NCBI GenBank assembly: GCA_902610995.1
Contig: CACLXU010000002.1
Coordinates: 64,036 to 128,035 of the forward strand
Direction of reading: 5' to 3'
Source of the DNA: an uncultured SAR86 cluster bacterium
GTDB lineage: Bacteria > Pseudomonadota > Gammaproteobacteria > Magnimaribacterales > TMED112
DNA length: 64,000 nt
Position 1 is the stretch's first letter, and each line of letters opens with the position of its first letter. A model generated the notes under the pieces. That model had not been told where the DNA came from, did no database searches, and saw only the letters and a list, made by a program, of their open reading frames with translations. Made by a program: the position numbers and the translations under genes. Of this stretch, positions 41,317-54,695 are shown in pieces.

Positions 41317-41929
41317 TTAATAACTCCTTAAGCACTGAAATAGATGAATGCGAAACAAGAATATTTTCTGCCTTGATTAAGTCATATGGATTTATTTCCG
41401 TAACATCCAAGAATGAGAAATTTTTTAGGTTTCTTATCGCCAACATTGTATTTTCATCCACATCATTGGTTATAAGAAGAGCTGAGTTTAAACCCGATTT
41501 TTTAAAGAATTGTTCAGCTAATTTTGTTTTTGGTTCTTTAAAGGAAACGTCCTCAATTAACTGTAATCTTTTCTCCGCTTTAAATTTAGAGAGTATTGAA
41601 GCTAACGCTTTTTTAGCCATTTTTTTATTAATCTTTTTTTCATGGTTTTTTACATTTGCAAATGTTGCTCCACCACCTACCCATATAGGACTTCTTATTG
41701 TTCCTGCTCTTGCTCTTCCAGTTCCCTTTTGTCTAAATGGCTTTTTCCCACCACCTCTAACAGCAGATCTATTCTTTAGCAACACTGAGCCTTGTCTCTG
41801 AGATGATAAGTAACTTGTTAGTGCTTGATGCACAAGGGATGGATTGAAATCAACACCAAATATTTCAGCAGGAAGTCTTGGTGCACTTGCTTTTGCTTTT
41901 GGTTTTGTTTGTGATTCTGTCTTAGCCAT
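41306..41929 (-). CDS. rplD: 50S ribosomal protein L4
   Basis: 207 aa with RGGGKKPFRQKGTGRARAGTIRSPIWVGGG. Confidence 0.97.
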   Translation of the reverse strand: MAKTESQTKPKAKASAPRLPAEIFGVDFNPSLVHQALTSYLSSQRQGSVLLKNRSAVRGGGKKPFRQKGTGRARAGTIRSPIWVGGGATFANVKNHEKKINKKMAKKALASILSKFKAEKRLQLIEDVSFKEPKTKLAEQFFKKSGLNSALLITNDVDENTMLAIRNLKNFSFLDVTEINPYDLIKAENILVSHSSISVLKELLNVK

Positions 41930-41940
41930 TTTTATCTCTT

Positions 41941-42732
41941 TTATTTATTATCTTTTGGTTCTTCTTTTGGAGCTTCTTCTGGTGCTGCTGCTTCTTTAGG
42001 CTCTTCTTTTGGTTCTTCTTCTGGTGCTGCTGCTTCTTTAGGCTCTTCTTTTGGAGCTTCCTTTGGATCTATATTGTCTCCACTTGCCAGTGTAAATTTT
42101 TCGTCTTGATTTTTTATTGAAGGAAGTATTTTAACGATACTGCCTACTGATCCGGGTATTGATCCTTGTATAAGGATAAGATTATCTTCAAGATCAATAC
42201 TATCAATTTCAAGGTTTTGGATGGTCACATTTTTATTTCCCATCTGTCCTGACATTTTTTTGCCCTTGAAGACTCTTCCTGGAAATTGGCATTGGCCAAT
42301 AGAACCTGGTGCTCTATGTGAAAGGGAGTTGCCGTGGGTGGCATCTTGGGTTTTGAAGTTATGTCTTTTCACTACCCCCGCAAAACCCTTACCTTTTGAA
42401 ACACCTAATACATCAACAACTTTAGGATTTTGCAAAGATTTTAAAGAGATTTCATTTAGGCTAGCTATTTCATTAAATTCATCCTCAGATAAGTTGAACT
42501 CGGTTAAGTAACCCTTATCTGTGCCATTATCTTTGAACTTTTTTTCGTTGCTTTTTGAGACTCTCTTTCTTTTTCCATAGCTTACTTGTATTGCGAAATA
42601 CCCATCTGATTCTTGAGTTTTTCTCTGCACTATTTTGCTATTGAATACTTCAACAACCGTTACTGGAATTGATCTGCCGTCATCTTTGAAGACGCGCGTC
42701 ATTCCCTTTTTTGTACCTACTAGACCTAACAT
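41941..42732 (-). CDS. rplC: 50S ribosomal protein L3 with a P/E/K-rich C-terminal extension
   Basis: 263 aa. The core carries MLGLVGTKKGMTRVF and GKGFAGVVKRHNF. The tail reads KEAPKEEPKEAAAPEEEPKEEPKEAAAPEEAPKEEPKDNK. Confidence 0.96.
   Translation of the reverse strand: MLGLVGTKKGMTRVFKDDGRSIPVTVVEVFNSKIVQRKTQESDGYFAIQVSYGKRKRVSKSNEKKFKDNGTDKGYLTEFNLSEDEFNEIASLNEISLKSLQNPKVVDVLGVSKGKGFAGVVKRHNFKTQDATHGNSLSHRAPGSIGQCQFPGRVFKGKKMSGQMGNKNVTIQNLEIDSIDLEDNLILIQGSIPGSVGSIVKILPSIKNQDEKFTLASGDNIDPKEAPKEEPKEAAAPEEEPKEEPKEAAAPEEAPKEEPKDNK
41959..42066 (-). repeat. 42-nt in-frame tandem repeat (2 copies plus flanking partial units) in the L3 tail
   Basis: 41971-42012 and 42013-42054 match at 40 of 42 positions (..cttcttctggtgctgctgcttctttaggctcttcttttgg). 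Confidence 0.9.
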
Positions 42733-42734
42733 GA

Positions 42735-43046
42735 TTAATTTAAAGTGATTTTAACGTCGACACCAGCTGCAATATCAAGTCTCATCAATGCGTCAACGGT
42801 TTGTTCCGTTGGGTCAACAATGTCAAAGAGTCGTTTGTGAGTCCTTGTTTCATACTGATCCCTCGCATCTTTATCTTTGTGAGGAGAGATAAGAACAGTA
42901 AGCCTTTCTCTTTTTACAGGCAATGGAATAGGACCAACGACTTTAGCCCCTGTTTTTGTTACTGTCTCAAGGATTTCTTTAGTAGATTTGTCAATCAACT
43001 TATGATCAAAAGCCTTAAGTTTAATTCTTATTTTTTGTTGTTCCAT
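42735..43046 (-). CDS. rpsJ: 30S ribosomal protein S10
   Basis: 103 aa with [14 protein letters not shown]. Confidence 0.98.
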   Translation of the reverse strand: MEQQKIRIKLKAFDHKLIDKSTKEILETVTKTGAKVVGPIPLPVKRERLTVLISPHKDKDARDQYETRTHKRLFDIVDPTEQTVDALMRLDIAAGVDVKITLN

Positions 43047-43073
43047 ATCCCTTTTATATTAAAGAAAGACCAC

Positions 43074-43103
43074 GATTTTAAGGCTTTAAAAGGGGTGTGT
43101 CAA
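43074..43103 (-). promoter_or_regulatory. Candidate sigma70 promoter of the S10 operon
   Basis: On the minus strand: TTGACA (43103-43098), an 18-nt spacer, then TAAAAT (43079-43074). TTAAAA at 17 nt is an alternative. The ATG lies 28 nt downstream. Sequence match only. Confidence 0.4.
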
Positions 43104-43112
43104 AGAATATTA

Positions 43113-45200
43113 TTAATTCTTATTGATAATTTCTTCAGTTAAATTTGATGGGACATCAAGGTACTTCTCAAACTCCATTGTGTAAGTAGCTCTACCTTGG
43201 GTTGCAGACCTTAAATCTGTAGCATATCCAAACATCTCGGCTAATGGAACCAGTGCTGTAATAGCTTTTCCAGACGGAATATCTTCCATATTTTGAACTT
43301 GACCTCTTCTTCTATTTAGGTCGCCTACGACGTCACCCATATAATCTTCTGGAGTAACAACTTCTACTGACATCATTGGCTCTAGAAGAATTGGACTAGC
43401 TTTCATCGCACCATCTTTAGCAGCCATTGACCCTGCTAGTTTAAATGCCATCTCACTTGAATCAACTTCATGAAAGGAACCATCATAGAGAGTCACCTTA
43501 ACACCCTGAAGCGGGTAGCCTGCAACAACACCGTTTTGCAATTGTTCCTTAACTCCTTTAGAAACTGCTGGAATGTACTCTTTTGGAATAGCTCCACCCT
43601 TTATTTCATCAACAAATTCAAATTCTTCCTCTGCAGGCTCCATTCTCATCAAAACGTGCCCATATTGTCCTTTACCACCTGATTGTTTTGCGTACTTCGC
43701 CTCACATTCAACTGATTTTGTTATTGCCTCTCTATATGCTACTTGTGGTTTTCCAACGTTTGCTTCAACGCTAAACTCTCTTTTCATTCTCTCAACTAGA
43801 ACTTCTAAATGTAACTCTCCCATTCCAGAGATAATTGTTTGTCCTGATTCTTCATCAGAGCTAACTCGAAATGAGGGATCTTCTTGCGCAAGTTTTCCGA
43901 GAGCAATTGACATTTTTTCTTGGTCTGGTTTTGATTTTGGCTCTACAGCTAAAGATATGACAGGCTCAGGAAATTCCATTCTCTCAAGCACTACAAGGTC
44001 TTTTGGATCTGAAAGAGTGTCCCCAGTTGTAACATTCTTCAATCCTATACACGCTGCTATGTCGCCGGCACGAACCTCTTTAATTTCTTCCCTATTATTT
44101 GAATGCATCTGTACCATTCTACCTATTCTTTCTTTTTCATCTTTAACAGTATTTACGACTCCATCCCCTTGAGATAAGACACCAGAATAGACTCTCACGA
44201 AAGTTAAATTGCCTACAAAAGGATCAGTAGCAATTTTAAATGCAAGTGCAGAAAATGGTTCATCATCTGATGAGCTTCTTGATGTGGTATCTTCAGATTT
44301 AGGGTTAATACCCTCTATTGCTTTAACTTCATCTGGTGACGGTAGGTATTCAATTACAGCGTCAAGAACCGCTTGAACACCTTTATTTTTAAAGGCTGAA
44401 CCACACAAAGCAAGAGTTATTTCATTAGCTAGAACACGCTGTCTTAATCCAATCTTAATTTCAGCTTCGTCTAAATCTCCCGACTCTAAGTATTTTTCCA
44501 TTAATTCTTCATTTGCCTCAGCAGCAGCTTCAACGAGCTCTTCTCTTAAACTCTCACATTTGGATTTTAAATCTTCAGGTATATCCGTATATTCAAATGT
44601 AGATCCTTTATCAGCTTCGTTCCAGGTAATTGTTTTCATTTTTATTAGATCAATTACCCCTTTGAAATCATCTTCAGCACCAATGTTGTATTGTATTGGG
44701 ATAACTGTTGCCCCTAGTCTATCTTTTATTTGATCAACTACTCTTTCAAAATTTGCTCCTGCTCTATCCATTTTATTGACAAACACAATTCTAGGAACTT
44801 CATATCTATTCGCTTGTCTCCAGACAGTTTCAGATTGTGGTTGTACTCCAGATGAGCCACAAAAAACTACTACAGCTCCATCTAATACCCTTAATGATCT
44901 TTCGACTTCAATTGTAAAATCTACGTGTCCAGGAGTATCAATAATATTTACACGATGCTCCTCAAACTGCTGTTGCATACCACTCCAGAAGCATGTGGTA
45001 GCAGCAGATGTTATTGTTATTCCTCTTTCTTGTTCTTGTTCCATCCAATCCATAACTGCTGCGCCATCATGAACTTCCCCAATCTTATGAGATATTCCAG
45101 TGTAGAATAGGACCCTTTCAGTTGTTGTGGTCTTTCCTGCGTCAACGTGTGCGCATATGCCGATGTTTCTGTATCTATTTAAAGGAGTTTTGCGTGCCAT
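43113..45200 (-). CDS. fusA: Elongation factor G
   Basis: 695 aa with [25 protein letters not shown]. Confidence 0.98.
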   Translation of the reverse strand: MARKTPLNRYRNIGICAHVDAGKTTTTERVLFYTGISHKIGEVHDGAAVMDWMEQEQERGITITSAATTCFWSGMQQQFEEHRVNIIDTPGHVDFTIEVERSLRVLDGAVVVFCGSSGVQPQSETVWRQANRYEVPRIVFVNKMDRAGANFERVVDQIKDRLGATVIPIQYNIGAEDDFKGVIDLIKMKTITWNEADKGSTFEYTDIPEDLKSKCESLREELVEAAAEANEELMEKYLESGDLDEAEIKIGLRQRVLANEITLALCGSAFKNKGVQAVLDAVIEYLPSPDEVKAIEGINPKSEDTTSRSSSDDEPFSALAFKIATDPFVGNLTFVRVYSGVLSQGDGVVNTVKDEKERIGRMVQMHSNNREEIKEVRAGDIAACIGLKNVTTGDTLSDPKDLVVLERMEFPEPVISLAVEPKSKPDQEKMSIALGKLAQEDPSFRVSSDEESGQTIISGMGELHLEVLVERMKREFSVEANVGKPQVAYREAITKSVECEAKYAKQSGGKGQYGHVLMRMEPAEEEFEFVDEIKGGAIPKEYIPAVSKGVKEQLQNGVVAGYPLQGVKVTLYDGSFHEVDSSEMAFKLAGSMAAKDGAMKASPILLEPMMSVEVVTPEDYMGDVVGDLNRRRGQVQNMEDIPSGKAITALVPLAEMFGYATDLRSATQGRATYTMEFEKYLDVPSNLTEEIINKN

Positions 45201-45203
45201 TTT

Positions 45204-45674
<471 letters not shown>

Positions 45675-46046
45675 TTATTTTCCTTTCTTAGCACCATACT
45701 TTGATCTGCCCTGTTTACGTTCTGATACACCTGAAGTATCAAGAGCACCCCTAACAGTGTGATATCTAACACCAGGCAGATCTTTAACTCTTCCGCCTCT
45801 AATTAAAACTACCGAGTGTTCTTGTAAATTATGTCCTTCTCCACCTATGTACGAAGTAACTTCAAATCCAGACGTAAGCTTTACCCTGCAGACCTTTCTA
45901 AGAGCAGAATTAGGCTTCTTTGGAGTGGTAGTGTATACACGCGTGCATACACCCCTCCTTTGTGGGCAATTCTTCAAAGCAGGAACATCACTTTTAGCTC
46001 GTTTTGTTCGCCTTGGTTTTCTAACTAATTGATTTACTGTAGCCAT
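45675..46046 (-). CDS. rpsL: 30S ribosomal protein S12
   Basis: 123 aa starting [12 protein letters not shown], with [12 protein letters not shown]. Confidence 0.98.
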   Translation of the reverse strand: MATVNQLVRKPRRTKRAKSDVPALKNCPQRRGVCTRVYTTTPKKPNSALRKVCRVKLTSGFEVTSYIGGEGHNLQEHSVVLIRGGRVKDLPGVRYHTVRGALDTSGVSERKQGRSKYGAKKGK

Positions 46047-46058
46047 TTTAAAAAGTGA

Positions 46059-46087
46059 ATGATAAAGCAGTGAAATTCATCGGTCAA
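46059..46087 (-). promoter_or_regulatory. Candidate sigma70 promoter upstream of rpsL
   Basis: On the minus strand: TTGACC (46087-46082), 17 nt, then TATCAT (46064-46059). Only 12 nt remain before the ATG, so the transcript would be nearly leaderless. The operon may instead be read through from rpoC. Confidence 0.3.
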
Positions 46088-46097
46088 TAGTAAATAT

Positions 46098-49000
46098 CTA
46101 CTGGAAGCTCTCCAATAGCTCTTTCTTCAGAGCTTCTTCAATATCTTGGATTTCCTCTGATGTAACACTTGCTTTTTGATTAGCTGCAAAACCAGTACCT
46201 GCAGGAACTAGTCTTCCAACAACTACATTTTCTTTTAAACCTTTCAAAATGTCTTTTTTACTTGTAACTGCTGCCTCTGTGAGAACCCTTGTTGTTTCTT
46301 GAAAAGATGCAGCGGATACAAAAGAGTCTGTTGATAACGCTGCTTTTGTTATTCCAAGCAACATTCTTTCAAACTTGGCTGGTTTCTTATCAGAGGATTG
46401 AAGGTTTGAGTTTACTTTTCTAATATCAGTAAGTTGAACAATATCCCCTTCCAGATAGTCACTATCTCCAGAATCTGTCACCGTGACTTTTTTCATCATC
46501 TGCCTGCAAATTACCTCAATGTGCTTATCATTGATTACAACCCCTTGCAATCGATAAACATCTTGTACTTCTGAAATTAAGTGTTTCGCGAGTTCTTCGA
46601 CACCATGTAAAGAAAGTAAACTGTGGGTATCTATTGGACCGTGACATAGAATGTCTCCTCTTTCTACCTTATCACCCTCTAAGAAGGATACAGCTCTGTA
46701 TTTTTGCACTAACATTTCAACTGGCTCTCCTTTCTCTGGAGTAATTACAAGTCTCTTTCTACCCTTAGTTTCCTTTCCATAAGAAAGAACACCTGAGGCC
46801 TCTGCATAAATTGCACCATCTTTTGGCTTTCTTGCTTCGAATAAATCTGCAACTCTAGGTAAACCACCAGTAATATCTTTAGTTTTTGTCCCCTCAACAG
46901 GCACTCTTGCAATAAATTCTCCAACAGCAACTTTGTTTGTATTATTTTTCATTAATATGGACTTAGATGGCAGTGAGTAACTTGCTAGAATTTTTTTCTT
47001 TCCATCAACAACTGATATCGATGGTGTCATACCTTTCCCTTTAACAGGTCTTTCATTCACATCAATTACTTCTCTAGCTGCAGAACCAGTAAGTTCATCC
47101 ACATCTACTTTCATAGTCACATCTTCAGATAGATCATTGAATTGAATTGACCCATCAACTTCAGAAATAATCGGCAATGTTAGAGGATCCCATTTTGCAA
47201 TTAGAGTTCCAGGTTCAACGACCTTTTTGTTGGCAAATAACAATTCTGCTCCGTATGGAACTGAGTATTTTTCTAGTAGATTTTCATCTTCGTCTTGTAT
47301 GGTTAAGACCCCATTTCTTGATGTTACAATTGCTTCTCCATTTTTCTTTTCAACAGTTTTCAAAGAAGATTCAAAAACCACGGTTCCGCCTCTAAGCGTA
47401 GTTATAGAATCATCCTCAGCAGTCCCTGAAGCTGCACCACCAATGTGGAATGTTCTCATGGTAAGTTGTGTTCCTGGCTCACCAATAGATTGTGCAGCCA
47501 CAACACCTACTGCCTCTCCAATGTGAACTAAATGACCTCTAGCAAGGTCTCTTCCGTAACATTTTGAACATAGACCAAGCTTAGCCTCACATGTTATTGG
47601 AGATCTTATCTTTACCTTTTTTATGCCTGAATTTTGAAGCAGTAATGCAGATTCCTCATCGAAGAGATGACCTTTCTCAAAGAGGACTTTTCCATCTTTC
47701 TTTATATCCTCCTGCAAAACTCTACCCAAAATCCTTTCAGAGATTGTTTGAATTACAGATGCGCCATCTATAATTGCTTCTACTGTAATACCATCCTCTG
47801 TCTCACAGTCCTCTGTAGTTATCACAACATCTTGTGATACATCTACAAGCCTTCTTGTAAGATATCCAGAGTTTGCTGTTTTAAGTGCAGTGTCGGCTAG
47901 TCCCTTTCTTGCACCATGCGTAGATGTAAAGTATTCGAGCATGGAAAGACCTTCCCTAAAATTTGAGGTTATGGCAGTTTCTATAATGCTGCCGTCTGGT
48001 TTCGACATAAGCCCCCTCATGCCTGCAAGTTGTCTGATTTGTGCAGGAGAACCTCTTGCACCAGAGTCAGCGTACATAAAAACACTGTTAAATGACGGAA
48101 CAACTTTCTCGTTGCCATCTTTATCTACATCAACTTTATCGCCTAGGGCTTTCATCATTGAAGAAGCTACCCTCTCATTTGTTCTAGACCAAATATCAAT
48201 AATTTTGTTGTATTTTTCTCCCTTGGTGAGTAAACCAGATTCGAATTGTTCTTCTATTCCTTGAACTTCTCCTTGTGCAGAATTAATAATATTGTCTTTA
48301 TCATCAGGTATCTCAAAATCATTAACACCGATGGACGCACCAGATGTTGTTGAATACTCAAAGCCAAGATACATTAGTTGATCTGCAAATAGGACAGATT
48401 CCTTCAACCCAAAGTCCTTATATATGTGAGAAATTAGGTTTAGTATATCTTTCTTCTTTTGAGTTTTATTTACTCTAGTAAAGTCTACTCCTGCAGGCAT
48501 TATTTCGTACAGCAAGCATCTACCCACAGTTGTTTCTAGTGTTTTCTTTGTATCTCCAACTAAAACTCTAACTTTAATTTTTTCGTGAAGACTTATTTGT
48601 TTTGCAAGATAGGCACGTTTGACTTCATGAACGTCGACAAATGCTCTAACCGCTTTGCCCTCGTCAGCACTCTCTTTTGTTAAGTAATAAATCCCTAAAA
48701 CGACATCTTGGTTTGGTTGAATGATAGGCTCACCGCTCGCCGGTGAAAGAATATTGTTTGTGCTCATCATCAGTGCTCTTGCTTCTAGTTGCGCTTCTAG
48801 AGACAAAGGTACGTGAACTGCCATCTGATCACCATCAAAGTCAGCATTAAAAGCAGTACAAACCAATGGATGCAATTGAATTGCTTTTCCTTCAATTAAT
48901 ACTGGTTCAAATGCCTGAATTCCAAGCCTATGCAACGTTGGTGCTCTGTTTAAAAGTACAGGATGTTCTCTAATAACTTCATCTAAGCAATCCCATACTT

Positions 49001-50216
49001 CAGGTGTTTCCTCTTCAACAAGCTGTTTTGCTGCTTTAATAGTTATTGTTATACCTTTCTGCTCAAGCCTATTAAATATGAAGGGCTTGAAAAGCTCTAA
49101 TGCCATTTTCTTGGGCAGTCCGCATTGATGTAATTTTAGTGTTGGGCCTGAAACAACAACCGATCTACCTGAGTAATCAACTCTTTTCCCAAGCAAATTC
49201 TGTCTAAATCTACCTTGTTTTCCTTTTATCATATCTGCCAAAGATTTAAGAGGTCTTTTGTTTGTGCCTAGAATTGCTCGTCCTCTTCTACCATTATCAA
49301 GTAACGCATCAACAGATTCTTGAAGCATTCTTTTTTCATTCCTAACTATTATTTCGGGAGCTCCCAGCTCAAGAAGTCTTTTTAATCTGTTATTTCTATT
49401 AATTACTCTTCTATAAAGATCATTCAGATCAGAAGTAGCAAACCTTCCTCCATCAAGAGGAACTAATGGTCTTAGATCTGGTGGCAGTACTGGCAACACG
49501 TTCATTATCATCCATTCAGGCTTCTGACCACTATCTTTAAATGCTTCCATAAGCTTCAATCTTTTTTGAAGTTTCTTGATCTTTGTCTCAGATGCACTTG
49601 TATCAAGCTCTTCTCTAATTTCTTGGATAGTTTTCTCAATGTCTACTTCAGATAAAAGTATTTGAACTGCCTCTGCACCCATCATTGCAGTGAAGTCGTC
49701 GTCATACTCATCAAGAGCCTCATAGTATTCATCCTCTGTAAGTAGTTGTCCTTTTTCTAAATCAGTGATGCCAGGTTCAACAACAACAAAACTTTCATAA
49801 TAGAGAACTCTTTCGATTTCTCTCAATGTCATATCAAGAAATAAACCAATTCTTGATGGTAATGATTTTAAGAACCATATGTGTGCTACTGGGGATGCAA
49901 GTTCAATATGACCCATCCTATCTCTTCTTACTTTTGTCGCGGTCACTTCAACACCACATTTTTCACAAATTACACCTCTGTGTTTTCTTCTCTTATATTT
50001 TCCACAGAGACATTCAAAGTCTTTTATTGGACCAAAAATTCTTGAGCAGAATAAACCATCTCTTTCAGGCTTAAATGTACGGTAATTAATAGTCTCAGGC
50101 TTTTTAACTTCTCCCCATGACCAGGACCTAATCATTTGTGGGGAAGCAAGACCACATGAAATGAGATCAAAATTTCTTTTTGAACTCTTATTTATATTTT
50201 TAATGATATCTTGCAT
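46098..50216 (-). CDS. rpoC: DNA-directed RNA polymerase beta' subunit
   Basis: 1372 aa with the [12 protein letters not shown] catalytic motif and an N-terminal zinc-binding [23 protein letters not shown]. Confidence 0.99.
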   Translation of the reverse strand: MQDIIKNINKSSKRNFDLISCGLASPQMIRSWSWGEVKKPETINYRTFKPERDGLFCSRIFGPIKDFECLCGKYKRRKHRGVICEKCGVEVTATKVRRDRMGHIELASPVAHIWFLKSLPSRIGLFLDMTLREIERVLYYESFVVVEPGITDLEKGQLLTEDEYYEALDEYDDDFTAMMGAEAVQILLSEVDIEKTIQEIREELDTSASETKIKKLQKRLKLMEAFKDSGQKPEWMIMNVLPVLPPDLRPLVPLDGGRFATSDLNDLYRRVINRNNRLKRLLELGAPEIIVRNEKRMLQESVDALLDNGRRGRAILGTNKRPLKSLADMIKGKQGRFRQNLLGKRVDYSGRSVVVSGPTLKLHQCGLPKKMALELFKPFIFNRLEQKGITITIKAAKQLVEEETPEVWDCLDEVIREHPVLLNRAPTLHRLGIQAFEPVLIEGKAIQLHPLVCTAFNADFDGDQMAVHVPLSLEAQLEARALMMSTNNILSPASGEPIIQPNQDVVLGIYYLTKESADEGKAVRAFVDVHEVKRAYLAKQISLHEKIKVRVLVGDTKKTLETTVGRCLLYEIMPAGVDFTRVNKTQKKKDILNLISHIYKDFGLKESVLFADQLMYLGFEYSTTSGASIGVNDFEIPDDKDNIINSAQGEVQGIEEQFESGLLTKGEKYNKIIDIWSRTNERVASSMMKALGDKVDVDKDGNEKVVPSFNSVFMYADSGARGSPAQIRQLAGMRGLMSKPDGSIIETAITSNFREGLSMLEYFTSTHGARKGLADTALKTANSGYLTRRLVDVSQDVVITTEDCETEDGITVEAIIDGASVIQTISERILGRVLQEDIKKDGKVLFEKGHLFDEESALLLQNSGIKKVKIRSPITCEAKLGLCSKCYGRDLARGHLVHIGEAVGVVAAQSIGEPGTQLTMRTFHIGGAASGTAEDDSITTLRGGTVVFESSLKTVEKKNGEAIVTSRNGVLTIQDEDENLLEKYSVPYGAELLFANKKVVEPGTLIAKWDPLTLPIISEVDGSIQFNDLSEDVTMKVDVDELTGSAAREVIDVNERPVKGKGMTPSISVVDGKKKILASYSLPSKSILMKNNTNKVAVGEFIARVPVEGTKTKDITGGLPRVADLFEARKPKDGAIYAEASGVLSYGKETKGRKRLVITPEKGEPVEMLVQKYRAVSFLEGDKVERGDILCHGPIDTHSLLSLHGVEELAKHLISEVQDVYRLQGVVINDKHIEVICRQMMKKVTVTDSGDSDYLEGDIVQLTDIRKVNSNLQSSDKKPAKFERMLLGITKAALSTDSFVSAASFQETTRVLTEAAVTSKKDILKGLKENVVVGRLVPAGTGFAANQKASVTSEEIQDIEEALKKELLESFQ

Positions 50217-50217
50217 T

Positions 50218-53200
50218 TTATTCCTCCGAGCTATCTTCTAATTCAAGATTTATTCCAAGTGCTTTAATCTCTTTACTTAAAACATTGAATGATTCTGGAA
50301 CACCAGATTCAACTTCATAGTTTCCATCAACTATATTCTTGTATACCTTTGATCTTCCACTAATATCATCTGATTTCACAGTCAACATTTCTTGAAGGGT
50401 ATACGCTGCTCCATAGGCTTCGAGCGCCCAAACTTCCATTTCACCGAATCTCTGTCCACCGAATTGCGCTTTTCCTCCTAGTGGTTGTTGTGTAACAAGA
50501 CTGTATGATCCAGTTGATCTTGCATGCATCTTATCATCAACTAAGTGATTAAGTTTTAGCATATACATGTACCCGACAGTAACGGGCCTGTCAAACTTCT
50601 CTCCAGTTCTTCCATCAAAAAGGGTGAATTGACCACTTTCTGGCAAATCAGCGTATTTTAGGAGTTTTTTGATTTCCATTTCATTTGCACCGTCAAAGAC
50701 AGGTGTTGCAAAAGGGACACCCTCTCTTAGGTTTCCTGCTAATTCCTTAAGCTCTGTATCTTTGAGTGATGAAATCTCATCATCATCTCTAGGCCCAAAT
50801 GAGTAGATATCTTTAAGAACTTTTTTTACGTTATCAAATTTTTCTTTGTTCTTTATCATCCTATCAATCTTGTCACCTAATCCCTTTGCAGCAAGACCCA
50901 AATGAGTTTCAAGAATCTGCCCAACATTCATTCTGGATGGCACTCCGAGCGGATTTAACACTATATCTACTGGTTCACCATTTTCATCATAAGGCATGTC
51001 CTCTACTGGAATAATGCTAGAGATAACTCCCTTGTTACCATGTCTACCAGCAAGTTTGTCGCCTGCTTGTATTCTTCTTTTCACAGCGAGATAAACTTTT
51101 ATTACTGATAGAACACCGGGAGCTAAATCATTGCCGCCCTCAATCTTCTTTTTAAAGATTGCCATTTTCTCTTTATTCTCGGCTTGATAACGCTTGAATT
51201 GATCGGCAACATTCTTTTGGAGATCCGATATCTTTTTGCTTTTGACTTTTAGTTTTAAGACACTTTCGAGATCCATCTCATCAAGGATTTCTTTTGTTAT
51301 CTTTCCTTTATCTTTAATTAAATTTTCTTGTTTTAAAGCTTGTATAACTGTATTTTTTAGAGAATTAGTCACAATTCTCATTTCATCATCTAAATCTTTG
51401 CTGTACTCAGATACCATAAGTGATTCATTACTTTTGGCCCGCGGGTTTTTATCAACACCATCTCTGGTAAAAATCTGGACATCAATTACAGTTCCGCTCA
51501 CACTTGAAGGCACTCTTAGTGATGTATCTTTAATATCCGACGCTTTCTCTCCAAATATGGCTTTTAGCAATTTTTCTTCTGGTGATAATTGAGATTCGCC
51601 TTTTGGTGTAACTTTTCCTACCAGTATATCGCCTGCATCAACTTTAGCTCCAACATAAACAATTCCATTTTCATCAAGTTTTGAAAGTGCAGATTCACTT
51701 ACACCAGGAATATCAGATGTTATTTCCTCCATACCTAATTTGGTATCTCTTGTAATACATGTTAGCTCTTGTATGTGAATGCTTGTTAAACGATCTTCTT
51801 GAACAACTTTTTCTGATAAAAGTATTGAATCCTCATAGTTGAATCCATTCCATGGCATGAAAGCTATTCTCATATTCTGACCAATGGCAAGTTCTCCAAG
51901 ATCAATTGATGGGCCATCCGCAATGATATCGCCAGCTTTTACCGAATCTCCTCTTTTCACTAGAGGTCTTTGATTAATGCATGTATTTTGGTTAGAACGT
52001 GTATATTTGATTAAATTGTAAATATCTACACTTACACTATCGCCACTCGATACCTTTACAACAATTCTTCCACCATCAACTGAATCAACAACTCCTGCAT
52101 TATTTGCAACGATGCAAACCCCAGAGTCTCTGGCAACTTGCCTCTCTAAACCAGTACCAACTAACGGTTTTTGAGGCAGCAAGGTTGGAACTGCTTGTCT
52201 CATCATATTAGAACCCATCAAAGCTCTGTTAGCATCATTATTTTCAAGGAATGGGATTAAGGAGGCAGCGACAGATAAGACCTGCTTTGGAGAAACGTCC
52301 ATAAGAGTTATCATTCCAACACTTACTAAAGAGGTTTCACCTTTATGTCTTGCAGTTACAAATTCGCCTTTAATTTTTCCTTTTTTATCTAGCTCTATAT
52401 TTGCTTGAGCAACAAAATGGTTACCTTCCATTATTGGCGATAAATAGACAATTTCATCAGTTACCTTTCCATCCTTAACTACTCTATAAGGGGTTTCAAT
52501 AAATCCATATTTATCTGTTCTTGCGTAAGTTGATAATGAATTGATTAATCCAATATTTGGCCCTTCAGGGGTTTCAATTGGACAAACTCTTCCGTAATGA
52601 GTTGGATGTACATCTCTTACTTCAAAACCTGCACGTTCTCTTGATAAACCGCCAGGGCCTAATGCAGAGACTCTTCTCTTATGGGTAACTTCTGATAGTG
52701 GATTATTTTGATCCATGAACTGAGAAAGTTGTGATGACCCAAAAAACTCTTTAAATGCAGCAGTAATTGGTTTTGCATTAATAAGGTCAGAGGGAATATA
52801 TCCTTCTGTTTCAGCCATACCCAATCTATCTTTAACTGCTCTTTCAACTCTAACTAAAGCAATTCTAAGTTGATTCGCTGTCATTTCGCCAACAGACCTA
52901 ATTCGTCTATTTCCAAGATGATCAATGTCATCCACAGTATCCCTACCATTCCTGATATCAACAAGTTTTTTTAGAACCGTAACAATATCCTCTTTGGTCA
53001 GGACATGTACATCTTTTCTGTCATCAACTTTTAATCGCCAATTTAATTTCATTCTTCCAACATCAGATAGATCATATCTATCTTCTGAAAAGAAAAGGTT
53101 GTTAAACAATACTTCAGTGGACTCTTTTGTTGGTGGTTCTCCTGGCCTTAGCATTCTATAAATATCAATCAGTGCTTCAGCTCTGCTATTGCTTGGGTCA

Positions 53201-54273
53201 TTTCTCAATGTGTCAGCTAAAAATGAGCCGCTATCAATAGTGTTTGTGTAAATTATTTTTAAAGATTCTATTTTTGACTCAATTAATTTCTTAAGGACAG
53301 GTTTTTCCAGAACAGTATTTGCGGGATATAGTATCTCTCCAGTCGTTGTGTCTACAATATCTTCAGCTAAAATTTGTCCAATGAATTCATCTGAATCTAC
53401 CTTAATACCCTTAGATTTTTGTTTTGAAAAATCAGCTACAACTTTGGCATTGATTCTCTTCCCAGACATTATCTGTTTTCCGGCAACTTCAATAGAAAAG
53501 TCAAAGGCTTTTGCTTTTAATTCATCTGGCGAAATATCTAAGTAGACATCACCATTCTTGATGCTGATATTTAAGAACTCATAGAACGAAGATAAAATCT
53601 CATTATCAGACATGTCTAAAGATTTCAGAATTGCCGTAGCAGGAAATTTCCTTTTTCTGTCAATTCTTGCATATATTAAATCTTTAGCATCAAATTCATA
53701 ATCAAGCCAAGATCCTCTGTAAGGAATTATTCTGGCAGCATACAGAACTTTACCAGAAGAATGTGTTTTGCCTTTATCATGATCAAAAAATACTCCTGGC
53801 GATCTATGAAGTTGTGAAACTACAACTCTTTCTGTTCCGTTTACAACAAAACTGCCATCCTTCGTCATGATTGGAATCTCCCCTAGAAAAACTCTATCTT
53901 CCTTGACTCCATTTTCCTTGATAGTTTTATAGCTTGTGGCTTTATCCATAATTCGCAGCTGTAAATTTACGTACAGAGGGACTGCGTATGAGATACCTTT
54001 AGTTTTACATTCTTCAGGGGTATATAGGCATTCGCCTAATTCGTAAGATATATAATCTAATGCAGCATTACTTGAAGCACTATTAATTGGGAATATCGAT
54101 TTGAATACCTCTTCTAGGCCTCTTGATTCTCTTTTGTCTGGCTCGCAATCAGCTTGTAAAAAATCAGCGTATGAATCAGTTTGTGTTTTAATCAGGTACG
54201 GCAATTCCATGACATTTGGCAGAGTACCAAATTGTCTTCGAATACGTTTTTTCTCAGTAAAAGAGTATGTCAT
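50218..54273 (-). CDS. rpoB: DNA-directed RNA polymerase beta subunit
   Basis: 1351 aa starting [16 protein letters not shown], with [21 protein letters not shown] (the rif region) and [18 protein letters not shown]. Confidence 0.99.
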   Translation of the reverse strand: MTYSFTEKKRIRRQFGTLPNVMELPYLIKTQTDSYADFLQADCEPDKRESRGLEEVFKSIFPINSASSNAALDYISYELGECLYTPEECKTKGISYAVPLYVNLQLRIMDKATSYKTIKENGVKEDRVFLGEIPIMTKDGSFVVNGTERVVVSQLHRSPGVFFDHDKGKTHSSGKVLYAARIIPYRGSWLDYEFDAKDLIYARIDRKRKFPATAILKSLDMSDNEILSSFYEFLNISIKNGDVYLDISPDELKAKAFDFSIEVAGKQIMSGKRINAKVVADFSKQKSKGIKVDSDEFIGQILAEDIVDTTTGEILYPANTVLEKPVLKKLIESKIESLKIIYTNTIDSGSFLADTLRNDPSNSRAEALIDIYRMLRPGEPPTKESTEVLFNNLFFSEDRYDLSDVGRMKLNWRLKVDDRKDVHVLTKEDIVTVLKKLVDIRNGRDTVDDIDHLGNRRIRSVGEMTANQLRIALVRVERAVKDRLGMAETEGYIPSDLINAKPITAAFKEFFGSSQLSQFMDQNNPLSEVTHKRRVSALGPGGLSRERAGFEVRDVHPTHYGRVCPIETPEGPNIGLINSLSTYARTDKYGFIETPYRVVKDGKVTDEIVYLSPIMEGNHFVAQANIELDKKGKIKGEFVTARHKGETSLVSVGMITLMDVSPKQVLSVAASLIPFLENNDANRALMGSNMMRQAVPTLLPQKPLVGTGLERQVARDSGVCIVANNAGVVDSVDGGRIVVKVSSGDSVSVDIYNLIKYTRSNQNTCINQRPLVKRGDSVKAGDIIADGPSIDLGELAIGQNMRIAFMPWNGFNYEDSILLSEKVVQEDRLTSIHIQELTCITRDTKLGMEEITSDIPGVSESALSKLDENGIVYVGAKVDAGDILVGKVTPKGESQLSPEEKLLKAIFGEKASDIKDTSLRVPSSVSGTVIDVQIFTRDGVDKNPRAKSNESLMVSEYSKDLDDEMRIVTNSLKNTVIQALKQENLIKDKGKITKEILDEMDLESVLKLKVKSKKISDLQKNVADQFKRYQAENKEKMAIFKKKIEGGNDLAPGVLSVIKVYLAVKRRIQAGDKLAGRHGNKGVISSIIPVEDMPYDENGEPVDIVLNPLGVPSRMNVGQILETHLGLAAKGLGDKIDRMIKNKEKFDNVKKVLKDIYSFGPRDDDEISSLKDTELKELAGNLREGVPFATPVFDGANEMEIKKLLKYADLPESGQFTLFDGRTGEKFDRPVTVGYMYMLKLNHLVDDKMHARSTGSYSLVTQQPLGGKAQFGGQRFGEMEVWALEAYGAAYTLQEMLTVKSDDISGRSKVYKNIVDGNYEVESGVPESFNVLSKEIKALGINLELEDSSEE

Positions 54274-54290
54274 TATATTAGCCTAATGAA

Positions 54291-54686
54291 TTACTTCATT
54301 TCGGCTTGTGCGCCAGCTTCCTGCAGCGCGGCTACCAATGCTTCAGCATCTTCCTTTTTGACTCCTTCTTTAACAGTTTTAGGAGCCCCATCAACTAAAT
54401 CTTTTGCCTCTTTAAGTCCTAGATCTGTTGCAGCTCTTACAGCTTTAATTACTGCGACTTTTTTGTCTCCAGAAGCTGTTAAAACTACATCAAAAGCACT
54501 TTTTTCTTCAGCTGCCTCACCGCCTCCTGCATCACCTGCTGGAGCAGCACCGGCTGCTGGTGCGGCTGCTACTGCTGCTGCAGTAACACCAAACTTTTCT
54601 TCAATTGCATCAATTAATTCAACCAAATCCATTACGGACATGCTTGATATTGATTCTAAAATTTCGTCTTTTGTTTTAGTTGCCAT
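54291..54686 (-). CDS. rplL: 50S ribosomal protein L7/L12
   Basis: 131 aa with an N-terminal dimerisation helix, a long Ala/Gly/Pro hinge and a C-terminal domain ([23 protein letters not shown]). Confidence 0.97.
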   Translation of the reverse strand: MATKTKDEILESISSMSVMDLVELIDAIEEKFGVTAAAVAAAPAAGAAPAGDAGGGEAAEEKSAFDVVLTASGDKKVAVIKAVRAATDLGLKEAKDLVDGAPKTVKEGVKKEDAEALVAALQEAGAQAEMK

Positions 54687-54695
54687 AAATTCTCC

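Noticed and set aside
43573-44172. A 199-aa plus-strand ORF. Similar ORFs lie inside secY (33664-34140), tuf (57645-58025) and rpoC.
   Set aside because: These are antisense shadows within highly conserved, relatively GC-richer genes. They are typical frame artefacts.
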